The translations under genes were made by a program, and so were the position numbers. Below, piece by piece: positions 9,997 to 18,402 of a DNA stretch of 64,000 nt. How positions within the stretch are numbered: position 1 is the first letter of the stretch; the number at the start of each line of letters is the position of its first letter. Under the pieces are notes generated by a model. The model saw only the letters and a program-made list of their open reading frames with translations. It was not told the DNA's origin and made no database searches. Source of the stretch: Oceanispirochaeta sp. (GTDB lineage: Bacteria; Spirochaetota; Spirochaetia; DSM-2461); NCBI GenBank assembly GCA_963663385.2, contig CAXXXD010000004.1:864001-928000 (forward strand), in the 5' to 3' direction.

Positions 9997-10008
9997 TAAC
10001 GTTTAGGG

Positions 10009-10037
10009 AGTATATAGGGTTTGATTTTTTTGGTCAA
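10009..10037 (-). promoter_or_regulatory. sigma70 promoter of the tRNA-Pro/Arg operon
   Basis: Minus strand TTGACC-17 bp-TATACT, 12 nt upstream of tRNA-Pro. Confidence 0.7.
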
Positions 10038-10133
10038 TATAAGCCGGGTACTTTTTTAAGAGCTGCTTTTACAGGGACCTGCAGAAAAGGCAAACCCTTG
10101 TGCCTGTGGGTGATAATCATCCATAATACTGGC

Positions 10134-10763
10134 ATGAAATCATCTGAGCGGGCCCGGATTATTACGGATATCCTCAATAACGAGTATCCCGATAGAAAGC
10201 CCCTGCTGAATTACAGAGACCCCTATGAGTTGCTGATAGCTGTGATCCTGTCGGCTCAGGCTACAGATGCCGGAGTTAACAAGGTAACCCCCCTGTTGTT
10301 TGAACGCTATCCGTCTCCGGAAGACCTGTCCCTGGCCGTGCAGGGGGAGGTGGAGGATATTATTCATCCCACGGGATTTTTCCGGGTCAAGGCGGCCAAT
10401 ATTATAAAAACGGCCGCCGCACTGTCGGAGCAGTTTGAAGGGAAGGTTCCGGGAACCATGGAGGAGCTGACGGCCCTGCCCGGGGTGGGGCGGAAAACGG
10501 CCAATGTTATCCTCTACCATATTTTCGGTCAACCCGCCATTATCGTGGATACCCACTTTAAAAGGGTGACGAATAGGCTGGGGTTTACGGCTGAAAAAGA
10601 TCCTCTGCAGATCGAGAGGGAGCTGCTGAACCTTATCCCCCGGGAGATCCAGTCGGATTTTTCCATGGGGGTGAACCTGCACGGGCGGAAGTACTGTCAT
10701 CCCCGGAAGCCGGAGTGCGGCACCTGTCCGATCCGGGATTACTGCCCTTCGGTTATGATTTAG
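10134..10763 (+). CDS. nth: Endonuclease III
   Basis: LIAVILSAQATD, HhH LPGVGRKTAN, IIVDTH, [4Fe-4S] motif C-x6-C-x2-C-x5-C; ATG at 10134 preferred. Confidence 0.95.
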   Translation: MKSSERARIITDILNNEYPDRKPLLNYRDPYELLIAVILSAQATDAGVNKVTPLLFERYPSPEDLSLAVQGEVEDIIHPTGFFRVKAANIIKTAAALSEQFEGKVPGTMEELTALPGVGRKTANVILYHIFGQPAIIVDTHFKRVTNRLGFTAEKDPLQIERELLNLIPREIQSDFSMGVNLHGRKYCHPRKPECGTCPIRDYCPSVMI

Positions 10764-12653
10764 CTACTGGAGCCGGAAGGTTTTTAACTCATATACAACG
10801 GCGACTGATTTGTTAACGGTCAGTCCGAGATACACTTCTGGCTGGCTCAATGATTCATCAATGGCAATATCCACTTTTTCGATTGAATATGTCGGATCTC
10901 CGAGGGGGATAACATCAGAAGAAATCCAGCTGAAACCGCCGTTTCCCGAAACAAGGACTGTATATGCAGTTCCTGATGCGGGGACTCCCATCTCCTGTAG
11001 AAGAATCAGGTAGTTTTCTGAAGAAAAAAGGTGAAAGTTGAAAGTATACCCCTGATCGATAAGCAACTGGATGTCTTCGTCCGGATTAGCTGCATCAAAT
11101 AAAGAAATGACCATGTTTTGTTCCGGTATATATATACCGGATTCCTGTGGTGAACTGGCCACCAGGTAATTAGATTTATACAGACTAAGGTGTCTGTATG
11201 TATTCGTATCGGCTGAAATCGTGAAGAGGGGGGAAGAAAGGGCAATTTCTCCTGCCTGGTAGCTGTATATAGCTCCACTGTCTGCCAATAGATAACATGT
11301 ACTGTCCTGAGATGTTATCTGTAAATTGTCTGCAGTCCCTATTTCCCCCGAAAAGGGAATTGTAACAGGGCTGATTGCTCCGGGTGCCGCACCCGGGGTT
11401 ATGGCCGGCATTCCTATATGGAGATTTTTAGAATCGTCCACACCGGCCAGAACCGCATGAGTTCCGGAGTAGCTGATCCTGTAATTGGTTGTTGAAACGC
11501 TCTCGTAATATATCTCTGGAGGGTTAGTATTGGGAACATAGTAATGGTTTGAGCTGTTGGAAAGGCCTATGTCGTATCCTGTATATTGCCCTGCTCCTTC
11601 ATAGATCTCCAATTGACCTCTGAAAACATAATCTCCGCTGACATCTATATCGGCAATCCCTGTTTCCAGGGCCATACCGCTGACAGATGCACCGAAACAA
11701 CTGTCCGAGTCTGTCACCGTCCATGTCGTTCCGTTATCCGTGTAGGCATAGTAACCGACTGATCCTGTGCTCTGGGTAGACATATGGAACCGGCCGTTAT
11801 CAGCTGCAATAGAACGGTAGGATGAAGCGTCAGCTTCTGTAAAGTATGTGGTCAGTGATGACGTCGAGGTATCAATCCGGTTTGTTTCTGCCAGTTGGGT
11901 GTAACTTCCGGCAGCACTCCACCAGGCCACGCCATTAATATTCACTGTCCCGCTGTTATAGTAGCAGGCAATTACATAGCCGCCGTCTTCGGTTGCTGTA
12001 AAGGAGAAGCCCTTTTCATCGGCATTTTCTGAAATCGCCACCAGTTCTCCTGTCTGGGACACAAGGTTCAGGACAACATCTCCTTCTACATCATCCACCG
12101 TGTCCCCGAAAAACACATAGGAAGTCCCGGCTGTTAAAGGGCCTACTGTGAAAAAGCGGCTCTCTCCGACGGGGATTGTGGTGAAACTGTACTCAGAAGG
12201 ATTTATGTTCATTAAAAACGGAGAATCCGGGGAAATCTTCAGTTTTATACTGATCGAATTCTCACCCTCCGTCAGCTCTACCGAATCGCTTCCTTCGCAG
12301 ATCAATACGGAATCGGCATTATGGGTTTGTACACTCACGGCTGCCGTAACATTGACGGGCAGATCCGAAAGGGTCGCTGTCCCGATATATTTGTCGGGGT
12401 TTTCCGGGTCCGCTTCCAGAGTAACCGTGGCGGTATAATCGGTTTCGCCAATGGTACAGGTCAGGGTGACGCTGTTGCTGGACAGATCGATAAAGCGCCC
12501 GTTCGGAAGGGATGTTCCGGAATACAGGCTTCTGTCAATCGATGCTGTGACAGAGAGTTCTCCACGACCGTCGGAAATCTCTACAGGACTGTTACGGCAG
12601 GCCGCCAGAAAAAACAATAGGGTTATAATAATAGAATATTTGATGCGTACCAT
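10764..12653 (-). CDS. Hypothetical surface lipoprotein (beta-rich, possible C-terminal propeller)
   Basis: Long ORF; GGAGG before ATG 12653; lipobox FLAA-C; S/T-rich; BNR/Asp-box-like 'TDNGTTW' and 'SGNGGFSW'. Confidence 0.7.
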   Translation of the reverse strand: MVRIKYSIIITLLFFLAACRNSPVEISDGRGELSVTASIDRSLYSGTSLPNGRFIDLSSNSVTLTCTIGETDYTATVTLEADPENPDKYIGTATLSDLPVNVTAAVSVQTHNADSVLICEGSDSVELTEGENSISIKLKISPDSPFLMNINPSEYSFTTIPVGESRFFTVGPLTAGTSYVFFGDTVDDVEGDVVLNLVSQTGELVAISENADEKGFSFTATEDGGYVIACYYNSGTVNINGVAWWSAAGSYTQLAETNRIDTSTSSLTTYFTEADASSYRSIAADNGRFHMSTQSTGSVGYYAYTDNGTTWTVTDSDSCFGASVSGMALETGIADIDVSGDYVFRGQLEIYEGAGQYTGYDIGLSNSSNHYYVPNTNPPEIYYESVSTTNYRISYSGTHAVLAGVDDSKNLHIGMPAITPGAAPGAISPVTIPFSGEIGTADNLQITSQDSTCYLLADSGAIYSYQAGEIALSSPLFTISADTNTYRHLSLYKSNYLVASSPQESGIYIPEQNMVISLFDAANPDEDIQLLIDQGYTFNFHLFSSENYLILLQEMGVPASGTAYTVLVSGNGGFSWISSDVIPLGDPTYSIEKVDIAIDESLSQPEVYLGLTVNKSVAVVYELKTFRLQ

Positions 12654-12762
12654 AAAGGCCTCCATTCCCCATCCTTCTTTTATATCAGGTCAGCAGGGAT
12701 TGTCTGCCTTTATAGTATACACCGGATTCCTATATTTTCATCATACTTTAACTGGTCGCAGA

Positions 12763-13665
12763 TCAGAAATGCCCGTGGAAATCCTGAATGGTTTCAAATC
12801 CTGCTTCTTCCATGTAGGATTTTATCCCTTCCAGAACCTGTCCCGATGCATCGGGGGTTACGAAATTGCCTGTACCGATCTGAACGGCATCGGCTCCGGC
12901 CAGGAGGTACTGAACCGCATCCTCCCAGGTCATAATTCCGCCCAGTCCGATTACGGGGATATTCACCGCATGGCTGACGCGCCAGACCGCAGCCACCCCG
13001 ACCGGCCGGATAGCCGGACCGGAAAGACCGCCCGTAACGGCAGGGATCGCCGGTTTTCTACTGTGAATATCCACAACCATTCCCATTACCGTATTGATAC
13101 AGGCAACCGCATCAGCGCCCCCCGCTTCCGCAGCCTGACCGATAACGGAGATATCCGTTACATTGGGGGTCAGTTTCATAATCAGGGGTTTGTCCGTCAG
13201 TTTTCTCAGGGATTTAGTGAGCCTTTCCACCTGTGCCGGGTCCGTTCCGAAGGCCAGACCGCCGTGTTTAACATTGGGACAGGAGATATTTACCTCATAC
13301 CCCCATAGAGCATCCTGATCGTCTACCCGGCTGATTACCTCGGCATACTCCTCTTCCGTGCTGCCCGCCACATTTAAAATAACAGGACAGTCCAGTGTTT
13401 TAAGGAAAGGGATCTTCTCCGTAAGGAATCTTTCAACACCCACATTGGCAAGGCCGATGGAGTTGATCATCCCTGCGGGAGTTTCCACCAGCCGGGGCAG
13501 GGGATTCCCCGGACGGGGTTCAACCGTGACGGCTTTTGTGTAGAGAGCTCCCAGGGAGGAAAGGTCGGTTAAAGGGGCATACTCTTCCCCGTATCCGAAG
13601 GTTCCCGAAGCGACTCCCACCGGACCCGGGAGGATTTTGTCCCGTATTTTTACAGTTAAGTCCAT
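12763..13665 (-). CDS. pyrD: Dihydroorotate dehydrogenase B, catalytic subunit
   Basis: ASGTFG, NSIGLAN, EVNISCPNV, KLTPN, GGLSGPAIRP. Confidence 0.95.
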   Translation of the reverse strand: MDLTVKIRDKILPGPVGVASGTFGYGEEYAPLTDLSSLGALYTKAVTVEPRPGNPLPRLVETPAGMINSIGLANVGVERFLTEKIPFLKTLDCPVILNVAGSTEEEYAEVISRVDDQDALWGYEVNISCPNVKHGGLAFGTDPAQVERLTKSLRKLTDKPLIMKLTPNVTDISVIGQAAEAGGADAVACINTVMGMVVDIHSRKPAIPAVTGGLSGPAIRPVGVAAVWRVSHAVNIPVIGLGGIMTWEDAVQYLLAGADAVQIGTGNFVTPDASGQVLEGIKSYMEEAGFETIQDFHGHF

Positions 13666-14432
13666 TTGATTCTCCTGGAGTCGAATACGGGCCCTTCCTT
13701 GCAGACCCTGGCATATTTTTCGGGTCCGACAACCTCTATGGCGCAGCCCATGCAGGCTCCCACACCGCAGGCCATCATCTGTTCCATGGAGGACTGGGAT
13801 GGGATGTCCTTTTCCACGGCAAAATCATGACAGGCCTTAAGCATCCCGTGGGGGCCGCAGGCATAGATACACGGTTTATTCAGTGTTTCCCAGCTCAGAG
13901 AGCGCAGGTAATCGACTGAGGTGCCCTTGAATCCTGCCGAACCGTCATCGGTGCAGTACTGGATGCTTCCGTTTTCCAGATCAGGGAGCTTCGGCAGAAA
14001 AGTTTTTGACCGGCATCCGAATATGAGGCGGGGTGCAAAACCCCTTTTATCCAGAGTCCTGGCCAGATAGAGTATCGGTCCAAGGCCGATCCCTCCGGCA
14101 ATCAGCAGAGGAGAACTTCCTTCTTCGGGAGTCGAAAAACTGTTTCCCAGGGGGCTTAGTATCTCTATTTTTTTCCCCGCAGACAGTTCCGCCATCAGCC
14201 TGGTGGCAGGGCCCCGCACCTGATAGATAATAGATGCCGCTCCCTCGTCGGAGCTGAACCCGGACAGGGCAAACGGTCTTCTGAGAAGGGGGGCGGGATT
14301 TTCCGATACTTTTATTGTCAGAAACTGACCGGGTTCGGGAGGGCTCATGTCCTGCGGCCAGGGAAAGGTCATCTCCCGGTAGCCGAGTGCGATTTCTGTC
14401 TGGGTTAAGAGAGCGGTTGTAAAATTTCTCAT
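13656..14432 (-). CDS. pyrK: Dihydroorotate dehydrogenase electron-transfer subunit
   Basis: PGQF, LRRPF, GGIGLGP, ACGP, [2Fe-2S] motif MACGVGACMGC...C; overlaps pyrD. Confidence 0.95.
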   Translation of the reverse strand: MRNFTTALLTQTEIALGYREMTFPWPQDMSPPEPGQFLTIKVSENPAPLLRRPFALSGFSSDEGAASIIYQVRGPATRLMAELSAGKKIEILSPLGNSFSTPEEGSSPLLIAGGIGLGPILYLARTLDKRGFAPRLIFGCRSKTFLPKLPDLENGSIQYCTDDGSAGFKGTSVDYLRSLSWETLNKPCIYACGPHGMLKACHDFAVEKDIPSQSSMEQMMACGVGACMGCAIEVVGPEKYARVCKEGPVFDSRRIKWT

Positions 14433-14878
14433 TCCTTTCCCTGTACAATTTTCAGCAGATCTTCAGACTTCCCGCTGAACTCACTTATCAGGTAGTTCGT
14501 CAGGTTGCTGATTCTCTTTGCCGTATCCTGATCAATGGAGTGTTCAATCTTGCAGGCTTCCTGCTGAGACTGTTCCGTTTCCAATAGAAGGACCTCTTCC
14601 AGGAATTTAACGAGAATCTGATGCTTTCCGAAGATGGATCGGGCAATTTCGCTTCCTTTGGGAGTAAGGTTGATAAAGGAGTTCTTTTCATACTCTATCA
14701 ACTCTTTGGATTTGAGATTTTTCAGTGCGCCCGTGACCGAAGGCATCTGGACGGATAGCTTTTCTGCAATATCTTTTACCCTGGCCACTCTGTTCTTCTC
14801 TTCCAGTTGGAGTATGGCCTCCAGATAGTCTTCCAGACTGGGGGTTAATCTAATTTTTTTATCCATAATAATATTCAT
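14429..14878 (-). CDS. DtxR/MntR/TroR-family metal-dependent repressor (two-domain form)
   Basis: SLEDYLEAI, HTH 'VKDIAEKLSVQMPSVTGAL', EACKIEH metal site. Confidence 0.9.
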   Translation of the reverse strand: MNIIMDKKIRLTPSLEDYLEAILQLEEKNRVARVKDIAEKLSVQMPSVTGALKNLKSKELIEYEKNSFINLTPKGSEIARSIFGKHQILVKFLEEVLLLETEQSQQEACKIEHSIDQDTAKRISNLTNYLISEFSGKSEDLLKIVQGKE

Positions 14879-14926
14879 ACCAGATTAGGGGATAAAAAAC
14901 AAGAAAAAACCATAGCTGTCACTAAC

Positions 14927-15463
14927 TTACTTAGTTTTTCGCGCCTTTCGTATATACCATTGAACGTCCCATTCCAGGTGTTTCCACCAGGGCTGTTTCT
15001 CTTCCCAAAGTATTTTCAGCAGGACATAACGGTATGTCTGCCATGTTTTCCGGGGAACCGCCGGGAGGGTGGCTGCGCGGGGCCGTGTCCCGGGGTAGCC
15101 GGCCGGGTGCAGAAGAAGGCCGTTCCAGTTGAAAAGAGACTCGGCTTTGGACACAGGTCTTTTCTTTCCATTAATCCCCCGGAGGCAGGATGCGGCAGAG
15201 CTCCGGAGTTCCGGATCCGCCAGTGCCAGGACAATACCCGCATCTGCCGCCAGGGAACGGTCAAATGTAATTGATGGAAGATCTCTTAACTTTTCTCTAT
15301 CTACCCTGTCGGGAGGGAAAGGATCTGTAAATCCGGCCAGGGGGATCATAAGAGGGAGGGGGTAGGCGAAACCATATTCTTGCTCCATAGTATTAATGTA
15401 TGACTGAAGAGGGGCTTCACTCCCTTCCGAAAGCATCAGAGCAGTTATATACTCATAGTTCAT
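14927..15463 (-). CDS. Hypothetical protein
   Basis: 178-aa ORF filling the gap, co-directional with dtxR-pyrK-pyrD; no recognised motif. Confidence 0.55.
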   Translation of the reverse strand: MNYEYITALMLSEGSEAPLQSYINTMEQEYGFAYPLPLMIPLAGFTDPFPPDRVDREKLRDLPSITFDRSLAADAGIVLALADPELRSSAASCLRGINGKKRPVSKAESLFNWNGLLLHPAGYPGTRPRAATLPAVPRKTWQTYRYVLLKILWEEKQPWWKHLEWDVQWYIRKARKTK

Positions 15464-15505
15464 CTGTTCATCATACCGGGGAGACCCTTTTTGGAGAAGA
15501 GAAAT

Positions 15506-17059
15506 ATGTCCGTAAGCAGAAAGTCAGTTTTTATAGCCCTTATTCCGACTCTTATTTTCGGATTAACCGGGGTTTTAGGAGCTTTCCCTGTCAGTCAGGA
15601 ATCATCCAATCCCTATCTGATAGACCGGGAAAGGAGTGCGGACGCTCCTGTTCCTCCCTTTGAAGGGGATTCCGAGCAGATTCTCCGGTTTTATCCGCCG
15701 GTCGCTGCAGATACAGGCAGGGCTCTGCGGGTTTATACTTCCCCCCGGGAACGCCGGAAAATTACCCTGCTGACAGCCGGGGATTCCCGGGAGATTCTCC
15801 TCCCTCAAACTGAAATTCCCCTTCCCATATATTTACACTTGTCCCCGGATCAGCTGCTGACAGGAATCCTCCTGCCGGAGGACCTCCCAGTTGAGATGCA
15901 GCCGGTCTGGCTGGATTCCCGGAGGGGGGCTCCTTCTGTTCCTGAAATATATCTGGATAATCCGGAGGTCCTGTATTACTCTCCTCCCGCAGAGGACCGA
16001 TCGGGAGATTTCTTTTATAGTCTGAAGCTGAAAAATTCCGGTCTTCTGCATTTTGAAGGTCTGGAAGAAGCAGGGCTGGTTTTCAAACCTTTTCCCGCTG
16101 CCCGCTGTATCGCTCTGTACCCTGATGCAGACAGCAGCGGGTCAGTATCCGTAACTCCTTTGTCAGCCCTGGAATTTCTGGAATTTGAAAAAAACGGAAT
16201 CCCGGACTTTCCCGTCCCTCTTTCGAAGGGATTGGGCGGTATTCTGGACACTCCTCTGGGGGCATGGCGAAACCCGGATTTTGAACTGTACAGCTGGACC
16301 CTCTTTCCGGATATCCTGATCTGGGACTGCCAGAACTATGACATTCAGAACCGATTCTTCAGACGCCTCTCCTATTTTGTAGAAAAGAAGGGGTTTCGAG
16401 GTTCCCTGATGACCAACGGGGAACTGGAAGGGATGCATGGATGGAATGCTCACGATTACCGCCCGGAAGATCTGGCCCGGTTCTATACGGTTGCGGATGC
16501 ACAGGATTTCCCTCTTTATCAGGAAGAGGTGCTGATGAAGGATATCCTGATCCGGAACGGTATCATATTGAAAAATCCCGAAGGGGGGTACAGTGAAGGA
16601 AAGGGTGCCGTGCTGTCCATCTCCCGGGAAACTTCGGAAATCCTGAGAGAACGTTTTCTGGTGCATGAATCATCTCACGGGCTCTATTTTACCTCCGCCG
16701 GGTACAGGGATTTTGTTCTGAGTGTATGGGAGGGACTGGAGGAGGAAGACCGTTCCCTGTGGCGTTTCTTTCTGGGATGGCACGGATATGATCCGGAAGA
16801 TGAAGATTTAATGGTTAATGAATTTCAGGCTTATCTGGTACAGCAGCGGGTGGAAGATGCCTCTGAATACTTCAATATCAGGATGAAGAATCTTCTCAGG
16901 CTTTACCCTGCTCAGGAATCTCTTTTAAGCCGGGGAATTGGTGAAAAAAGCGAATCCTTTCGTATATGGTCCGGGATAATCAGTCACTGGCTTATGGAAA
17001 AATGGGGTTTGGAACCGGGAGATTTCTTCCCGCTATATAAGGAATTGCCACAAAAATAA
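15506..17059 (+). CDS. Exported hypothetical protein with HExxH (putative zinc metallopeptidase)
   Basis: Signal/TM N-terminus, GGAG RBS before ATG 15506; FLVHESSHG and downstream NEFQAY. Confidence 0.7.
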   Translation: MSVSRKSVFIALIPTLIFGLTGVLGAFPVSQESSNPYLIDRERSADAPVPPFEGDSEQILRFYPPVAADTGRALRVYTSPRERRKITLLTAGDSREILLPQTEIPLPIYLHLSPDQLLTGILLPEDLPVEMQPVWLDSRRGAPSVPEIYLDNPEVLYYSPPAEDRSGDFFYSLKLKNSGLLHFEGLEEAGLVFKPFPAARCIALYPDADSSGSVSVTPLSALEFLEFEKNGIPDFPVPLSKGLGGILDTPLGAWRNPDFELYSWTLFPDILIWDCQNYDIQNRFFRRLSYFVEKKGFRGSLMTNGELEGMHGWNAHDYRPEDLARFYTVADAQDFPLYQEEVLMKDILIRNGIILKNPEGGYSEGKGAVLSISRETSEILRERFLVHESSHGLYFTSAGYRDFVLSVWEGLEEEDRSLWRFFLGWHGYDPEDEDLMVNEFQAYLVQQRVEDASEYFNIRMKNLLRLYPAQESLLSRGIGEKSESFRIWSGIISHWLMEKWGLEPGDFFPLYKELPQK

Positions 17060-17098
17060 CCGCTTAAGAGAATTAATGGGAATTCCTTCGCTTTCGGG

Positions 17099-17127
17099 TT
17101 TACATAGTTTTGTCTATTTGGTATATT
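17099..17127 (+). promoter_or_regulatory. sigma70 promoter of rpmB
   Basis: TTTACA-17 bp-TATATT with TG extension. Confidence 0.6.
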
Positions 17128-17174
17128 TCTTCACGCTCAATCAATTAAGAAAGAAGCAAAGGTAGGAAATAGAT

Positions 17175-17402
17175 ATGTCCAGAAAATGCGAAATCTGTGG
17201 AAAAGGTACAGTCGCGGGACACAGCGTACCACGGAAGGGTCTTCCGAAGAAAAAAGGCGGAGCCGGACAGCACATCGGTGTTAAGTCTAAAAGAACCTTC
17301 AAGCCTAACCTTTTGAAGGTAAAAGCTCTTATTAACGGTACTCCCAAGTCCATGAAAATCTGTACCCGCTGTTTAAAAGCCGGTAAGGTTGTCAAAGCGT
17401 AA
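17175..17402 (+). CDS. rpmB: 50S ribosomal protein L28 (Zn-ribbon, long-loop form)
   Basis: MSRKCEICGK...KRTFKPNL...KICTRCLK. Confidence 0.95.
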   Translation: MSRKCEICGKGTVAGHSVPRKGLPKKKGGAGQHIGVKSKRTFKPNLLKVKALINGTPKSMKICTRCLKAGKVVKA

Positions 17403-18156
17403 GGTTGAATACCTGCCCGTCGTAAGCGGGCTCCACATTCAGGTCTTTCAGATCCCTTTTCAGCTGGAAATGATCGACCTCATGACATATATGTGTCAGA
17501 TAAGCCCGTTCAGGGCTTATTTTTTTTATAACTTCCAGAGCTTCGGGGATACAGAAATGTGTTTCATGGGGTTTAAACCGGGGTGCTCCCAGCACCAGAT
17601 GGCTCAATCCTTCCAGCAGGGGCCAGGATGTTTCCGGAATTCTGCTGCAATCCGTTATATAGGCGAAATCCCCAATCCTGAATCCCAGTATGGCAAGTAT
17701 CCCGTGAAATACGGGGATGGGGATTACTTTCATTTTTCCTAGAGTGAAAGACTCTGTCCCGATTGTATGAAGGCTGATTTTCGGGGTTCCCCCTCCTTTC
17801 TGGAGGGGATTGAAGATATAGGGGAAGCGTGCCCTTATATCATTGCAGACATCCTCTCTGGCATAAACGGGAATTTCCCTGTTTACGGTGAAAGGACGGA
17901 TATCATCCAATCCATGCAGATGATCCGCATGACTATGGGTGTACAGAACGGCATCCAGCCTGTGGATCCCGGTTTTTACGGCCTGCAGCCTGAATTCCGT
18001 GGCCGTATCAATCAGAATAGCCGTATCACCTTCCCTGATATAAACGGAACAGCGGGAGCGTTTGTTCTCTTTTACTTCGGATCGGCAGACTTCGCAATTG
18101 CAGTTTACAACGGGTATCCCGTGGGATGTTCCGGTTCCAAGGAGTGTTACTTGCAT
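17392..18156 (-). CDS. MBL-fold metallo-hydrolase (PhnP-like)
   Basis: LLGTGTSHGIP, CNCEVC, THSHADHLHGLDD; 3' end overlaps the convergent rpmB by 11 nt. Confidence 0.9.
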   Translation of the reverse strand: MQVTLLGTGTSHGIPVVNCNCEVCRSEVKENKRSRCSVYIREGDTAILIDTATEFRLQAVKTGIHRLDAVLYTHSHADHLHGLDDIRPFTVNREIPVYAREDVCNDIRARFPYIFNPLQKGGGTPKISLHTIGTESFTLGKMKVIPIPVFHGILAILGFRIGDFAYITDCSRIPETSWPLLEGLSHLVLGAPRFKPHETHFCIPEALEVIKKISPERAYLTHICHEVDHFQLKRDLKDLNVEPAYDGQVFNLTL

Positions 18157-18402
18157 AGTGTTTTATCCTAGCAGATCCCCGAAGAGAGAGAAAGCCCCCG
18201 GACCGGATCATTTCCCGTGCAGAAATCTGTTCGGGGCGTCCTCCTTTTCAGTATGCCGAAGTATCGGTCAGTAATGGTTATGGCAATGCAGGTGGAATCG
18301 GGAATAAACTCACATCTAATTAAGAGATAAAAAGTTAATTGGTTTTCATTTTCTTAAAATATGATACTATGGTGTATATTATAAAGTAAAAGAAGGGACC
18401 CC

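Noticed and set aside
10085..10125. AAAGGCAAAC resembling the start of a c-di-GMP-I riboswitch
   Set aside because: Lacks the GNRA-capped stem and the downstream GACGCAAA element.
12451..13308. 285-aa plus-strand ORF
   Set aside because: Antisense to pyrD and the lipoprotein gene.
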